Assembly: GCA_965178125.1 (NCBI GenBank)
Contig: OZ237737.1
Coordinates: 1 to 64,000, forward strand
Reading direction: 5' to 3'
DNA: 64,000 nt
Source: Bilabrum cf. latius
Taxonomy: Eukaryota
The position numbers were made by a program, and so were the translations under genes. Shown one piece after another: positions 24,301 to 36,600 of the stretch (positions are counted from its first letter, which is position 1; every line of letters starts with the position of its first letter). The notes beneath the pieces were generated by a model. It was not told the DNA's origin. It made no database searches and saw only the letters and a program-made list of their open reading frames with translations.

Positions 24301-25782
24301 CGATTGGTTGGAGTCGAGTCTGTATGCACCTCACTGCAGTCTGCATTTACGAGCTCGTCTGCCCGCAAGAACGAGCTGCCTGACCAGCTCGGTGCAAGGG
24401 TGGCCATGGCACTCGAGCGCGCCGAGGTTGCCGAGAAGGGAATCAAGGCTCTCGAGTAGTAGATCATGAGCAGTGTCAGCAAAGATGACATGGAGGAGGC
24501 GCTGAGCGCAGTCAAGCTGGCTCTGGGCAACTCGGGCGAGGATGGATTACAAGAAGGGAAGGCCTCGGCCGTGCACCCCGACTCGGCTGCAGGATAGGAG
24601 CACAAACGGCTGAGGAGCGAGGTAATCAGGCTGTCCAGGATGCTGCATGACAAGGCAGACGAAAGCCAGCTGCACGATCTGCAGGCTGCTCTGCAGAACG
24701 CGATGGGCAACCTACAGCGGATGGAGCAGGCCAGCGAGCCCACCGGCTATGACACGATCCTGTCTACGCGCAGGCTGTGCATGAGCTGCAATCAGCCGCT
24801 ACCGGTAAATCATCCTGATGCTCAGAAAGATCCGAAGGAAACGCTCTTGACCTCGTCTGCAACTCGGGCGATTCGTGTGCCCGGGGAATCGCGGCGTCGA
24901 GGCTCGGCACACCGCCGGGCGCTCGACCCCGGCCTGGCGCAGGTGGGCATGCTGTCGGACTCAGTGGCATCGCTTCCCGCGCGACTCAGTAGCGAAGGTG
25001 AGCATAGCCTTGAACTAACGGGCGTCAGTTTGCAGGCGGGCCCAGCTGGTGGCAGTTTTGGGCACCTGCCGCACCATGGTGGCCGGTCGGGTGCCGTCTT
25101 GCCTCCGCTTACAGGGAATGAAGAACGCTGGGCGGCGTACGACGGCCTTCCACCCGATGGGTTTGAAGACAGTCCTGGTCTTGCAGAAGAGCCTGGCTTC
25201 AAAGGGCCGTCTTCCTCCGTGCTTATGGGGTCTAGTCTGGATGAGCGGGGCAGCACGAGCGAGGGCTGGCAGACTGGCAGAGGCAGCGCCATGGGTGTCA
25301 GTGGACCTTCTGAAGGGGAAGCAAGCGATGCGCAGCTCCGATCCATCGGTCCAAGTGGCAATGCTTCCCATCGACGCAGGGGGCAGCGCGGGGATGGCGG
25401 GACAGGCAGCACACCGCAGCGCGGCGGGGTGCTGGCTCCCATCGAGGGCGGCACGCACAGGGGCAGGCCCCCCATGTCGAGAAGCAGCTCGAAAGGGAGG
25501 CTTCCGGGCGACTTGCGGGGTCCAGGGCGCGTGCAAGACTCATGGCAGGTGTCGGGCGTGCGGACAGCCAAGGGTGGTGGCGAGATGGCAGGCGGCAAAG
25601 GGCCCATGGTGGTCGGGGGGCACGGGGTCAGTCGGCCCCGTACTGGCGGCGGTGCGGGTGCAGGGCGCGGAGGAGGCGGCCCTGGCAGCCGGAGCAGCCG
25701 GCCTTAGACGACGGCAGTGCAGTCAAGGCAGGCCCGCAGCAAGGTAGTGACCCTGCCGCTTGGTCGGTCAGAGCGGCAGTAA
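21355..25782 (+). CDS. Large hypothetical coiled-coil protein, ~1475 aa (TAG=Gln), with C-terminal CxSC motif
   Basis: Eight track ORFs (21451 to 24640) share one frame, separated only by TAG, and end at TAA 25780-25782. LSTRRLCMSCNQP recalls DUF4795/QRICH2-like tails (tentative). Start uncertain. Confidence 0.75.
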
Positions 25783-25838
25783 ACCGGAATTCGGAGAGCA
25801 TCGCTGGATGAGAGTCATTACAAAATGTGTCTTTTGTT

Positions 25839-28467
25839 TTACCCAATGCAAGATTTTTCAATATCACGGGCCCTCTTTGCGCGTTCTAGTAGCACGTCTG
25901 ATCGGCCCGCCGAAGCCCGGGCTTTGTCCATGGCAGCCGCAGCTGCGTCGGACCCTGGCGCCTTGGACGCTAGCTCCTTCGCCACCCGCATGTCTTCGGA
26001 AGCGAGAGAACGAGCCACGTCCGCCGCCTTCTCCGCCCGCTCCGCCACATCGTCTCTGTCCCTCCTCTCCTGCGTGGCGAGGAACTCAGAGGTTGTCTTG
26101 GCAACCTCCACGTCGCCAGGGCCGCGGCCCGTGTGCAAACCTCCGCCCCGGTTCACGAAAGCGAATGCCTCGATGCCCAGCACCTCGGCCTGGGCGCTTG
26201 ATGCCGCACTCACACCCGCAGTGGCGATTGCTTGGTTCTCGCCCCGCTGGGCTGCCATCAGCGCCCGCATCCATCGCGCAGACACGCTGCACCGCGTCAG
26301 GGCCGAGTCCAGGGTGATGGCAGCGGTGGGCGAGGCCCTCTGGCCCCCGATCAGAAGCCGCTTCTCTGTGCTGTGCACCACCATGTCGTACTCGACCGAG
26401 ATTCCCCCCCTACTAGAATCGCGGTCTGGGCTCGGCCCCATGCCAGGCGGCACCGCAGGGTAGTGCGCAACCTCCGGCGCCAGCTGGAAGAGAGCATCTT
26501 GCGGGTGTCCCTTCCAACGAGAGGGGCGGCCTCGTCGCGGGGGGCTGATCCCGCTGCTGCTGAATACCCCGATGGTGCGGTCATCGTGCATCCCGCCGGG
26601 CACAGCTCCACCGGCGCCCACTGCATCCTCTTTGACCCTGACCCGCAGCACCAGCAGGATGGGTGCAAGGGCCTCGCAGTGCTGCTACAGGGCAGACAGG
26701 GACCAAGAATGCCGTGAGCTAGTGTACACGCACCTCCAATCGAAGCTACTAGCAACTGCCGGAAGCAGGGAGCAGAGCGTGGAGAGCGGAGGGGAGGGAG
26801 CAACCGTGGCCACGAGCCCAGCCTCCCACAGAGACGGCAGAGAGCTGGAGCCCTGAGAGCCGGCGGAGGATCCCACGGCCTAGGCAGACACGGGCTGCCC
26901 CTTGGCAGCTGCCACCCGCTGGCCATCGATGGGCAGCAGCACAGTTGGGAAACCCAGCACCTTCGGGTTGTACCACAGCGGTGGAGCCATTGGGTCACCG
27001 CCAGCTCCAGGCCACGTGCCCCCCTCGCTGCGCACCGACCGGCCTGACACCTCCGCGCCGGGCAAAGCCGCCCCTGGGTCCGCAGCGCTGCTACTCCCTG
27101 CACCGGACGCGGCAGCATATGACCCCGTATGTGAGCTGCTCTTGCTGCTCGCCCCGCCCTCTGCCTCATCCTCGCTGTCGTCACCCAGCAGGGTCAGCCC
27201 CCCGCCGTCCTCGTCCTCGCCCCCCGCGCCGCCCGCGTCCCTCCGGCCGCCTGTAGCGCTGCTTGTCGGTGCGCTATCGCCACCCTTGCCTAGCCCCATG
27301 GCACCCGGCACCCAACCAAGAGCCCCGGCCAGCTCCCCAGCCGCGCTCCCCAGGATTGACCCGCCTGTGCCGGTTGATGCCACCCGAACATCCTCTGCCG
27401 ATGCCCCCGCTGCGAGCATGTGCCTCTTGACAGACTCGGCGACCCACTCCCTCGACAGCCTTGAGATCGCGAATGCCTCCTTGGCCAAAGCCTCGTACGA
27501 GTAAGGATACGCCTGCTGAGGGGCTGCCCTGGAGCGGCTGGAGCGGGGCACCACCCACGAGCGGAGGCATGTCTCCATCTCCGATGCACTTCTGCACTGC
27601 TTTAGCTGCGACTAGAAGAGCAAAAAAGGATGCAACACTTGGAATTCTAGGAGAGCAATGCACAGAACACGTGGCAAGATAAGCTGTAGGGACATGCCTC
27701 AGCTCACGCTTCTCTTTTTGGCTCTGAGCCATGCCAGGGCCAGCCGCAGCAACACCTTTCTTCCTTCGCTCAAGAAGGCATCAACTACCTTAAGAACATC
27801 TTCGTGGGGTATCCAACCCACAAAAAACGACCTAAACCAAGACGTGAACACCTGATTCGCAGCATCTCCGAGCTTGCGCAGATGTGCGTACAACTGAGGG
27901 TGGCGCTCTGCCACGAGTTCCATGAAGCAGCTAGTGAATGCCTGCTCTTCCAAACGGCTTAAGTGTAAGTGCCGTGTTGGGGCTAGACGCGCGGTTACAA
28001 GCGCCTCAAGCACGGCGTACGTCTCTGCTTCAGACAGGCTCGACAACAGGAGGAGTGCCAAATTTGGTACCATTGGCGAGTATCGCAGCCCGTGCAACTA
28101 CGCCAGCACGCAGACAACTCGATCATGCGCTGCACTTATTTCAACTGATGGCTGAGAGAGCAGTCCGAGCGCCGACTCTGGAAGCACCGTCGGTGCAACG
28201 CCTAAAAAAGGTATCTGCGGCGAGCATCGCGGACTTGACGAGGTGAGTACAGTTGAAGAACATTACATGGACATAAAAAATACTGGAAATTACGGTGCTT
28301 ACTCTAAAAACCTTGGCTGGCTTAGGTAGAGCAGTCCCAAACACCTCTTCGAGCGCTGCGTCATAGAAGTCTGCTCTGCTGCCGGCTTTGGTCAGGCCTA
28401 GCCAAGCGTCCCGGCGGCTCTTTGGATCTAATCCACTTCTACACTCTGCCTTTTGGTCCTCAGCCAT
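25839..28467 (-). CDS. TBC1D24: TBC (Rab-GAP) + TLDc domain protein, TBC1D24-like, multi-exon
   Basis: WFRSFFVGWIP...VVDAFLSEGRKVLLRLALA (TBC); WRCVYTSSRHSWSL...PILLVL, LFQLAP, LLIGG, EVLGIEAF (TLDc). TAA stop. Start and introns approximate. Confidence 0.75.
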
Positions 28468-28638
28468 CGTGCTCAATGGATGTGAGGCGCGGCAATTGGT
28501 GCCGAGTGTGATGATGATGATGAACGAACAGCAACAGTGGCATGCATGCAGAAATTTGTGAGCTGTTATCAGGAGTAACCAACTGTTGGCCGCCCTGTGT
28601 CAAGTTTATCACGCATTTGTCCAGCTTCTATTTGGGGC

Positions 28639-31600
28639 ATGACACAGCCAACTCTTGGAGCTGTTTGGAGCGCCTCGTAGCGTCAACCTCGCAAAGCTGT
28701 CAATGTGTAGCAGAACTCGAGCACCTCTGGTAGACCCAGTGAACAAAATCAAGACGTTGTAGATCTACTTAGTTCCTCATCTGACGAGGAGCAGCCAGAC
28801 GTTGTGCAAAGATCCTTGCAAGCGCCGGCCCGCCGGGCAGGCCACGTCATTCCAGAACCGCTAATTTTTGAGCAAGACTATCATTAGTTTCAAACATCTT
28901 CCGTTGAGACGCAACGTTGGCACACGTCAGACTCGGTGGTATTTTCTGTGTTTGCCGAAGCTTTGTCTGCACTTGAGGCAACCAGATCCAGGCTCGCGAA
29001 GGAGCGTATTCTAGTGAACCTATTTCGTCTGCTAATGCGATCTTCCCCCGAGGATCTCGTGTCTGCAGTGAGACTGATCACAAACTAGCTCGTGCCTCCC
29101 TGGTATGGCACCCCAACTGGTGTAGGAGGCAGCACTGTTGCGAAGGCGGTTCTGGCTGCTACCGGGCTATCGCGGAAAGCCCTCCACGAGCAGTACTCAG
29201 TGCACGGTGACTTGGGAACAATCGCGGCTTCTTGCAAGAAATAGCAGGCCTTGTTGGTAGCTCATCGGCCCCTAACGATTTAGGAAGTGTTCGCCTGCAT
29301 AAAGCGACTGGGTACCACTAGTGGCAGCGGCAGCGGCAAGGCTCGGCAGCAGGCGTGCATCGGGTTGCTGCGGAGGTGTGCAGCCGGTGAGATCAAATAC
29401 GTCACTAGAGCTCTGCTGTAGCACTTGCGTGTCGGCGCAACTGAGGTCACGGCGCTGCAGTGCATGGCACGGGCTGCGGTGCTGCACCACAGCCAGCGAG
29501 GGCGCGGGACAGGTGGCCAATCGTCAGCAGAAACACGGTCCGCCTCATCCGGTGCAGACCTGTAGTCTGCATCATCAGGTGCTGGTAGATCACTAGTTGA
29601 CTCACATAGTAGTAGAGATGGCGGATCAATGGCCGAGTCTTCGGGCAGGCGGGCTGGCTCGGCATCAGAGCCACCTCATTCGCAGCTCTCAGCCTCGGAT
29701 GTGGCTGAGCTCGAGACGGCGATGCAGGCAGCGGCAAACGCTACGCGTAAACTTTTTGGGAAGCGACCGTCCATCGAAGTTGTGGCAGGCGTCCTTCAGG
29801 CCGATGGCCCGGATGGCTTGGAGGAAGCGGGCACGTGCCAGTTGTGGACGCCCGTGCAGCCAATGCTCGCGGCAGTAGCCCGCAGCTTCGATGAGGTCGC
29901 TGCCAAGCAGGCCAACTGCACCGTGTCTGCAGAACTGAAGTACGACGGGCAGCGGATTCAGGTGCATTGCTGTACGACGAGAGCAAAGGACGCGTTGGCC
30001 CACCTTGCGTCACTCGCATCTTCGGGTGGCCCGTGGCCTCCCTCCTTGAGCGTGTCCATGCAGCACGTCAGCGATCCACACGGCAATCCAACGTCAGGCA
30101 GTCTTGCTCTTGTGAGTCTGGAAGGGCTTGGGGGTGCTCCTGTTCTATAGGTACGCTGCTTCAGCCGCAACTTGGAGGACACGACCCGAAGGTGGCCCCA
30201 AGTGGCGGGTAGTCTAGCTAGGTCTGTGCTTCGCCTTAATATGCCAGCTGCTGCGTGGACGAGTGGCTTTGAACTGCCCTCCAGATTCATTGTGGACGGA
30301 GAAATTGTCGCAGTGTCACTCGCGAACGACAGTGCCACGAAAAAACCCGGCTCTTTGACAGCAGTATCGCTGACGGGAGCCAGTGGTGTATCAAGCACCA
30401 CGAATCCGGCTGATCGCTTCACCTTTGACACCGCAGAGATGCTTACTGACAATTTGACGAGAACATTGGACTGCTAGTACCGGATATTACCGTTTCAGAG
30501 CTTGAGCAGGCGGCCGAACCCGAGCGGGAAATCACAAGCGGCCGCCTCAAGCGCCGCTCCCTAGCTTGCATCAGTGGCCAAGACGCTGCTTATCCTGTAT
30601 GACATGGTGATGCTAGATGGTGTAGACATGGCCGAGTGTAGTCTCAGCACTCGCCGAGAAGCATTGTGCGAAAAGCTGCCGGACATTTCAGGCGAGCTGG
30701 AGCCCAGCAAGCGGGTGATACTCAGCACAAGCGATGCCACATTTCGCGAGCAGATATCAGCTGCTGTGCAGGCCTCCGTGCAGCACGGGTGCGAGGGTAT
30801 CATGAGTAAAGTTGTGCGGCTACCTACAGCATATCCTGCAGCGAACGAACCACATGGTTCGCCTACCTTGAAGAGCCACCGGAAGCGGCCGCGCAGCTCC
30901 GGCACGCAGGCCCACGCTACACGCGGACAGCCCCTCTCTGTCCACTACGAGTGCCGGCGCAGCGATTCATGGATCAAGCTAAAGAAAGACTACCTGAGTC
31001 CCGAAGCGAGCGGTCTGGCTGGCATTGGGGGGCTGGGGGATTCGTTTGATTTGGTTCCAATCGGGGGTTGGTTGGGCAACGGCCGGAAGGCCGGCTGGCT
31101 CTCGCCAATCCTGATGGCCACAGTAAACAAGGCGACGGGGGAGTATTAGAGTATGTGCCGGGTTATGAGTGGCATTACAGATGACCTGTACAAGCGTTTG
31201 ACGGCGTGGTACTTGGAGCCCGGGAAGGGCAGGTACTTTGGAGACGAGGCTACTAGCGGAGATAGTGATGACGATATGAATGCCAGCGGCAACCAATGCC
31301 AGGCGATGATGGACATGGAGCTACCTGACAAGCTGCCTTCGACCTTGCTACCGGTCCACCCTCGGCCTGCGATGTATGTGACGAGGGAATCTCCGAGCGT
31401 GTGGTTCAAGCCTCTGCAGGTCTGGGAGGTGCGCGGGGCCGACCTGACGGCCTCTGCCGTACACATGGCCGCGGCCGGGCAAGTGGGCCACGGCGGGCGA
31501 GGTGTTTCTCTGCGGTTTCCTCGCCTGATTCGCACCCGGCCAGACAAAGGCGTAGGTGACTGCACGCCTCCAGAGTCAATTGCGGCTGCGTTCCTTGCTC

Positions 31601-31878
31601 AGGCTGGCCGAGAGCATGCCGGTCAATCTAGTGGGGGTGCATCCAGCGGCAGGGGTGCTGCCACTGGAGTGACCATAGATGATAGCGCTACTAACCCGCA
31701 TGGATCGTCAGAAACGGGAAAGCGGCGTCGAATTGACAAGGGCTCCGCGTCGAGCGGAGAGGCCGAGGCGGAGGGGTGTGCAAGGCAGTCGAGTTAGTAC
31801 GCGGAAGGAGTCAAAGAAATGCCTGGTGCAGCCAGTGGCAGTGGCCAAGGGGATGGTAGCGAATCCGGTTTTACCTGA
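28639..31878 (+). CDS. ATP-dependent DNA ligase of the ligase I family, plant LIG6-like catalytic core, ~1079 aa
   Basis: DNA-binding domain (RSRLAKERILVNLFR, HGDLG), PMLA, ELKYDGQRIQVH, DGEIV, CEGIMSK, WIKLKKDY, DLVPIGGWLGNGRKAGW, EY[TAG]SMCRVMSG, SLRFPRLIRTRPDK. Single frame with many TAGs; TGA at 31876. Confidence 0.9.
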
Positions 31879-31942
31879 GCGAATGCAATGAAATAAGCAC
31901 AATTTATATGCAAGGATGCAGCACCCTGATCGATTGCCTGGT

Positions 31943-33423
31943 TCAAAGCAGCACCCTCATCTTCTCCTTGGCCGGGACCTGCGTGAAAACCACCTTGCCG
32001 TCATAGGACGCCGATACCACCACCCAGGGATTGTACGAAGACCAGCACACCTGCGATACCGTGTCTCCGTGCCCCGTGCTCCGCTTCAGCAGCGCATCGG
32101 GAGCCATCCGAGTCCCGCGCCGCTCGTCCTCGCCCCCGCCAGCCTCTCCGGCCCCTCCCGCACCCGTTTCCGCCCCCAGCCTGGCTTCCTCTTCCTGCAC
32201 GATGTCGTCGTATATAGGCAGTGAGCTGACCGAGCTGGCCCTCCACATATTCACGGTGCCGTCGTCCGATCCCGTCGCGAGCAGCTGGTCGTGGCAGGGG
32301 TTGTACTTGCACTGCGTGATGGCGTGCGCATGGCCTCTCAGCACGAGCACCAGCCCGGGCTGTTGTGAGGAGGACGAGGAAGAGGACCGAGGCGCACCGG
32401 CGGCCCCTCCCGCAGCCGCCCCCTTGCTTGCTCCAGATGCCGCAGACGAGGCAGCCCTCAGGTCCCAGATCCTGGCCTCTCCATCCTCGGCCCCTGTGCA
32501 CACGTACCACGGGCGGTTCGGGTTGTACGAGATAGAGGTCAGGGCGAGCCCGTCGCTGCCAGCTGCCTGCACGACCGCGTCCAACTTCTTAGCCCTCTCG
32601 TCCCACTGCACCAGCGCCGAGCCCATGCCCAGCACGGTCAGGCGGGAGTGGTGCGGGTCCCACGTGCCGCAGCTGAACTCGCGGCCGGCCGTGGCTGACA
32701 TCGATGCGGTCGGCTCGCTCGAAGCCTGGCTATCTCCCGAGTCTGCCGCATCAGCAGGCGCAGATGTGGGGGCGCGGAAGTGCGCGGCCCCCCTGGCGTC
32801 CACCACGAGCACCCTGGCCTCGTGCTCCTCTGCCTCCACTGGGTGCCACTCCACAGTGTTCACTCGTCTAGCGTGGCCTTTCGCGCCGCGCGAAGCGTAC
32901 GATTCGTGCGATGGAAGTTTCAAATTCAGCGCCATTACCGGTTCTATCGGTTTCCTGGCGGCCTCTGCAGCCGCTGCGTGCTCCGCATCCGTAGCCGGGC
33001 CGTCCACCCCGGTCGAAGGCATGGGAAGGTGCTAAATAGACACGCTTGGGTTTGTGTCTGCGTATTATAGAGTGAAAAATGGCATGGAGACGTGAGGCGC
33101 AAGAAATACTTCTGCACTACTGCAAGGACTGTGTGGCGAGACATAGGAGCAAACATACGCTCACAGTCCTTCAATGATTCTGTGGCAATCGCAGCGGTGA
33201 GCGGGCAGCGGGTAGGAGTTGAAATGCCTTGGATAGGGCCGTTCAAGGCGTAAATGGCACGGCGTCGCACATCCACGGCAACCTCGTCGAACTGTAGAAG
33301 CGAGAGAAAGCTGTCGCGTCCAGACGATCCACAGGATCCAACCAGAAACGAGTGATTCGACTCATCCCCACGAATAGCATCAATATTTGTCACTATTCCA
33401 TCGCAACCATAAGTTGCGTTCAT
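31943..33423 (-). CDS. EIPR1: EARP/GARP-interacting WD40 protein (TSSC1); one intron ~33164-33058
   Basis: WDPHH, YNPNRPWY, KYNPCHDQLLATGSDDGTVNMW..SSVSS, and C-terminal WSSYNPWVVVSASYDGKVVFTQVP..EKMRVLL followed by TGA. Confidence 0.88.
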
Positions 33424-33617
33424 TGGTGAACCCGTGTCGCAGATACTTCAATTTGCAATTAATTCTACGAAACGAACGTTCTTTTTGCGATAGGTGCACT
33501 GCACTGATACGCAGTGCGGGTGCAGAACTGCGTGGTCAAATCGACAGGACCGTTAATTTTTGCCTTGTATAAAGGGTTCAACTCGACCTATTCGAAAAAT
33601 AAGAACATATTTTCGTA

Positions 33618-36600
33618 ATGAAGCAGGATAGCTCCTCTGAGGACGAGCGAGACGCGGGGGAGGTCCTTTCTGGTGGAGGAGCGTCCCACGGTTTCGGCGG
33701 GCCCACGTTTCTGGCTGCCCCACGCATGCCACGATGGCATGGAAGGCGGGTTCAATCCATCGAAACTAAAACTAGGGACGAGCTTAAGGCGTTCGCTGGC
33801 ATTGTGGCCATGGACGCATTACATCATGATTCCACCGAGGACTCATCCGGCTTAACAATCGGGGAGCTAGGCATGTCTCTCCCACTGCCACAGGTTCAAG
33901 TTTTACGCAGCACTAGACTAGTTATCGAGCCACAGAATGCTTCAGAAACACCTGATCAAATACTGTTTGACCCAGAATCGGAGGATGCTGCTGCTATGCG
34001 TTCATCCGGATGCGTGGCTATCCTTGAAGTTGGTGCAGCTGCAACTGACAGAGACAGCAGTGGTAGCCAATCGCCAGAATATTCGCTCAGAATGGACTCC
34101 GCTGCAATTCCGTCGTGCCTTAGGGGCGTCGAGGGCTCCCTGAATGGTGCGGTGCTGCCAGGCTCGGCGTGGTCTAAATAGGCGCGACGGCTCGCCCTCG
34201 CGATGGCCGATCAGCAGCTGGCTTGCATGAAATTCATGTGCCCCATCTGCTTAAATACGGAGCCACTGTCGCAGGGATTCAGCGTGCTTAGGTGCTCCCA
34301 GCACATCACATGCCAGACGTGCGCCAAGAATTTTGTGTTGAGCGCGGTCAACGCAGCAGGCAACTCGCCCGACAGCCTCCTCAACCTGGTGTGCCCGGGG
34401 CACGGATGCACCGTAAAATTTGCACCTCTTGATGTGATGCGGCTGTACGGGCCCGAGAGCATGGTAGGAGTTCGGCGGCGCCGCGCGCGGGATCGAGGCA
34501 TGCAGTCGACGAACACGTGCTGCTCGGTTCCCTCCCTGTTCCACGTGCCGGAAGCGGGCCATCCAGAGCTGCAGAGGTACTTGAGGTTCTTTCGTAGGCA
34601 AGGGGGAGAGTACCGCGAGTGTCCTCGATGCGGCTTCTAGTAGCACAATGCCATGGAGCAGCTACAGAAGGGGCTGCGTGACGCGAGGCGAGCAGCGGAG
34701 AGAGCTCTCGTGCAAGTCCTCTCCGATTAGAGAGGTGACGGCGGGGGCGCTGCCGCCGCTTCAGCGATGAGTGATCCAGTAACAGCAACTGCCAGCGAAT
34801 CCCAATCCTCTGCTGCACCAGACCCAGACTAGCAGCGCGAGCTGAGGGCCCAGAAGGTGCAGCTCGACCGACTCGCGCTCGCGGCTGAAGTAGCCCTTGC
34901 TGAGCATAGTGACGTGCAGTGCGCGAGGTGTTGGCAGCAGTACTGCATCCAGCATGACACTCAGCACGTCGGAATCAGCTGCAGATCTTACATCACAAGA
35001 AAGCATCTCCAGGACAGCGAGCATGCCGTGGCCAAGCAGTACGAAACCGTGGCGAAGGAAACGGGCGCGGCGGCAGAGGCCGAGAGGCTAAAGCAGGACG
35101 CACAAGACCAGCTTGACTCTCTATATTTGATCCAGCGGAGTACTGTGCCGTGTCCTAGCTGTGGGTAGGGCGTCCACAAGACAGAGGCTTGCAACCACAT
35201 GACGTGTCCCTGTGGGCAACACTTCTGCTATCTTTGCGGGTAGAAAATGCCGAAGCCAGACCCGTACAAGCATTTCCATCAACCAGGACCCTGCAAAGGC
35301 AAGTTATATGGCGGCAGCTCGAACATTAACAGGGACGAGACTGTTCAGCGCGGAGCGATCCAGCGCATGTCTGCCGACGAGCGGAGCCTGAAGGACCAAG
35401 CTGGCAGCGCAGGGAAGGAGCTTGCGATGCGACGGATGTGGACCGAACGGCGAAGCAAGCGAACTGGACTAGATAAGACCAACGTTGGTGGTCAGAAAGA
35501 CGCGATAGCTGGCGGCATGGAAGCCCGTAGACGGGTGGCGTACTCTGTAGCGCAGACGTACCGGTGCCTCGATCGGACGCGTGCCTCGATCATTGCCAGC
35601 GACGTGGCCTTCTATGCGACTTCAATCATCCTGACGGCTCTTGTGTTGCCGTTTATCCTTGCTGCTGTATCATGGATGGCCGTGGCTTGGGTGCTGGTTT
35701 TCGCAGGTAGCTTGATTTTCGCATTGATGTCGTGTCAGCCCCGCGAAGCGTTGGCCTTGGTATTCGAGACAACTGACCTAGTCAACCTGCTGTGGAGGAC
35801 TGACGGACTTTTGCGCGATGGCGGCATGCAGCAGCTCTACACGGAGCAGTTTGGAAACGATGAATCTACAGAGGCAGATACTGGCACGTCGGGAGCAGGA
35901 CGTGATCAGCCGCATGACCACCCTGCGCAAACCTCGGCACATCATCGAGCGAACCCCCAGCAAGGTGCCGCAGCCGATAGCGGCTATCAGGGATTTCTTG
36001 GTCACGCGACTGCGGTAGAATTACCTGTAGATGGTGAAGTTGCACGTGTGTATGCCGACGTCACTAAACAGGCCGAAGCCCTCGCTGCAGAGCAAGTAGA
36101 GCTCAGCATGGACACGCCTCGAGCGGGCGAAACCGAAAAAGTCTTGGGTGTTGAGTCCTGCAAGCGACCCACGGGGCTCATCTGGATCGTGCTCTGGGTA
36201 TCGCTCCCTGCATTGCTCGCCCTCAGTGTGCCAACATGCTGCTTGCTCGGCGGGTTTCAGGTGCTCTTTCGCGGGTGCCTGCCGTGGTGGCGCGAAGCAA
36301 AGCCCAACGTACTGGCATGCCTCCTCTGGGAGGTGCTACCTGGTTATCGATCGGGCAGTCTGCTCAGTGTGACAAAGACCATTCTTTTCGTAATGCTTTC
36401 CGTAGTGGTGGGGATTCCGGTCGGCGTACTCCGGGCTGCGTGCTTCGCATCGACAAGCGTCACATGGATGGTGCTAGCCCTTATTTGTAGCGCATGCATG
36501 CTAGACAGCGAGCTGGCGACATGTGCAGCGTCATTTCGGTTTCTGTCAAGGTCTAGGCATATGTCAACCGCACCACTCATGCCAGCAGCCGGAAACCCGT

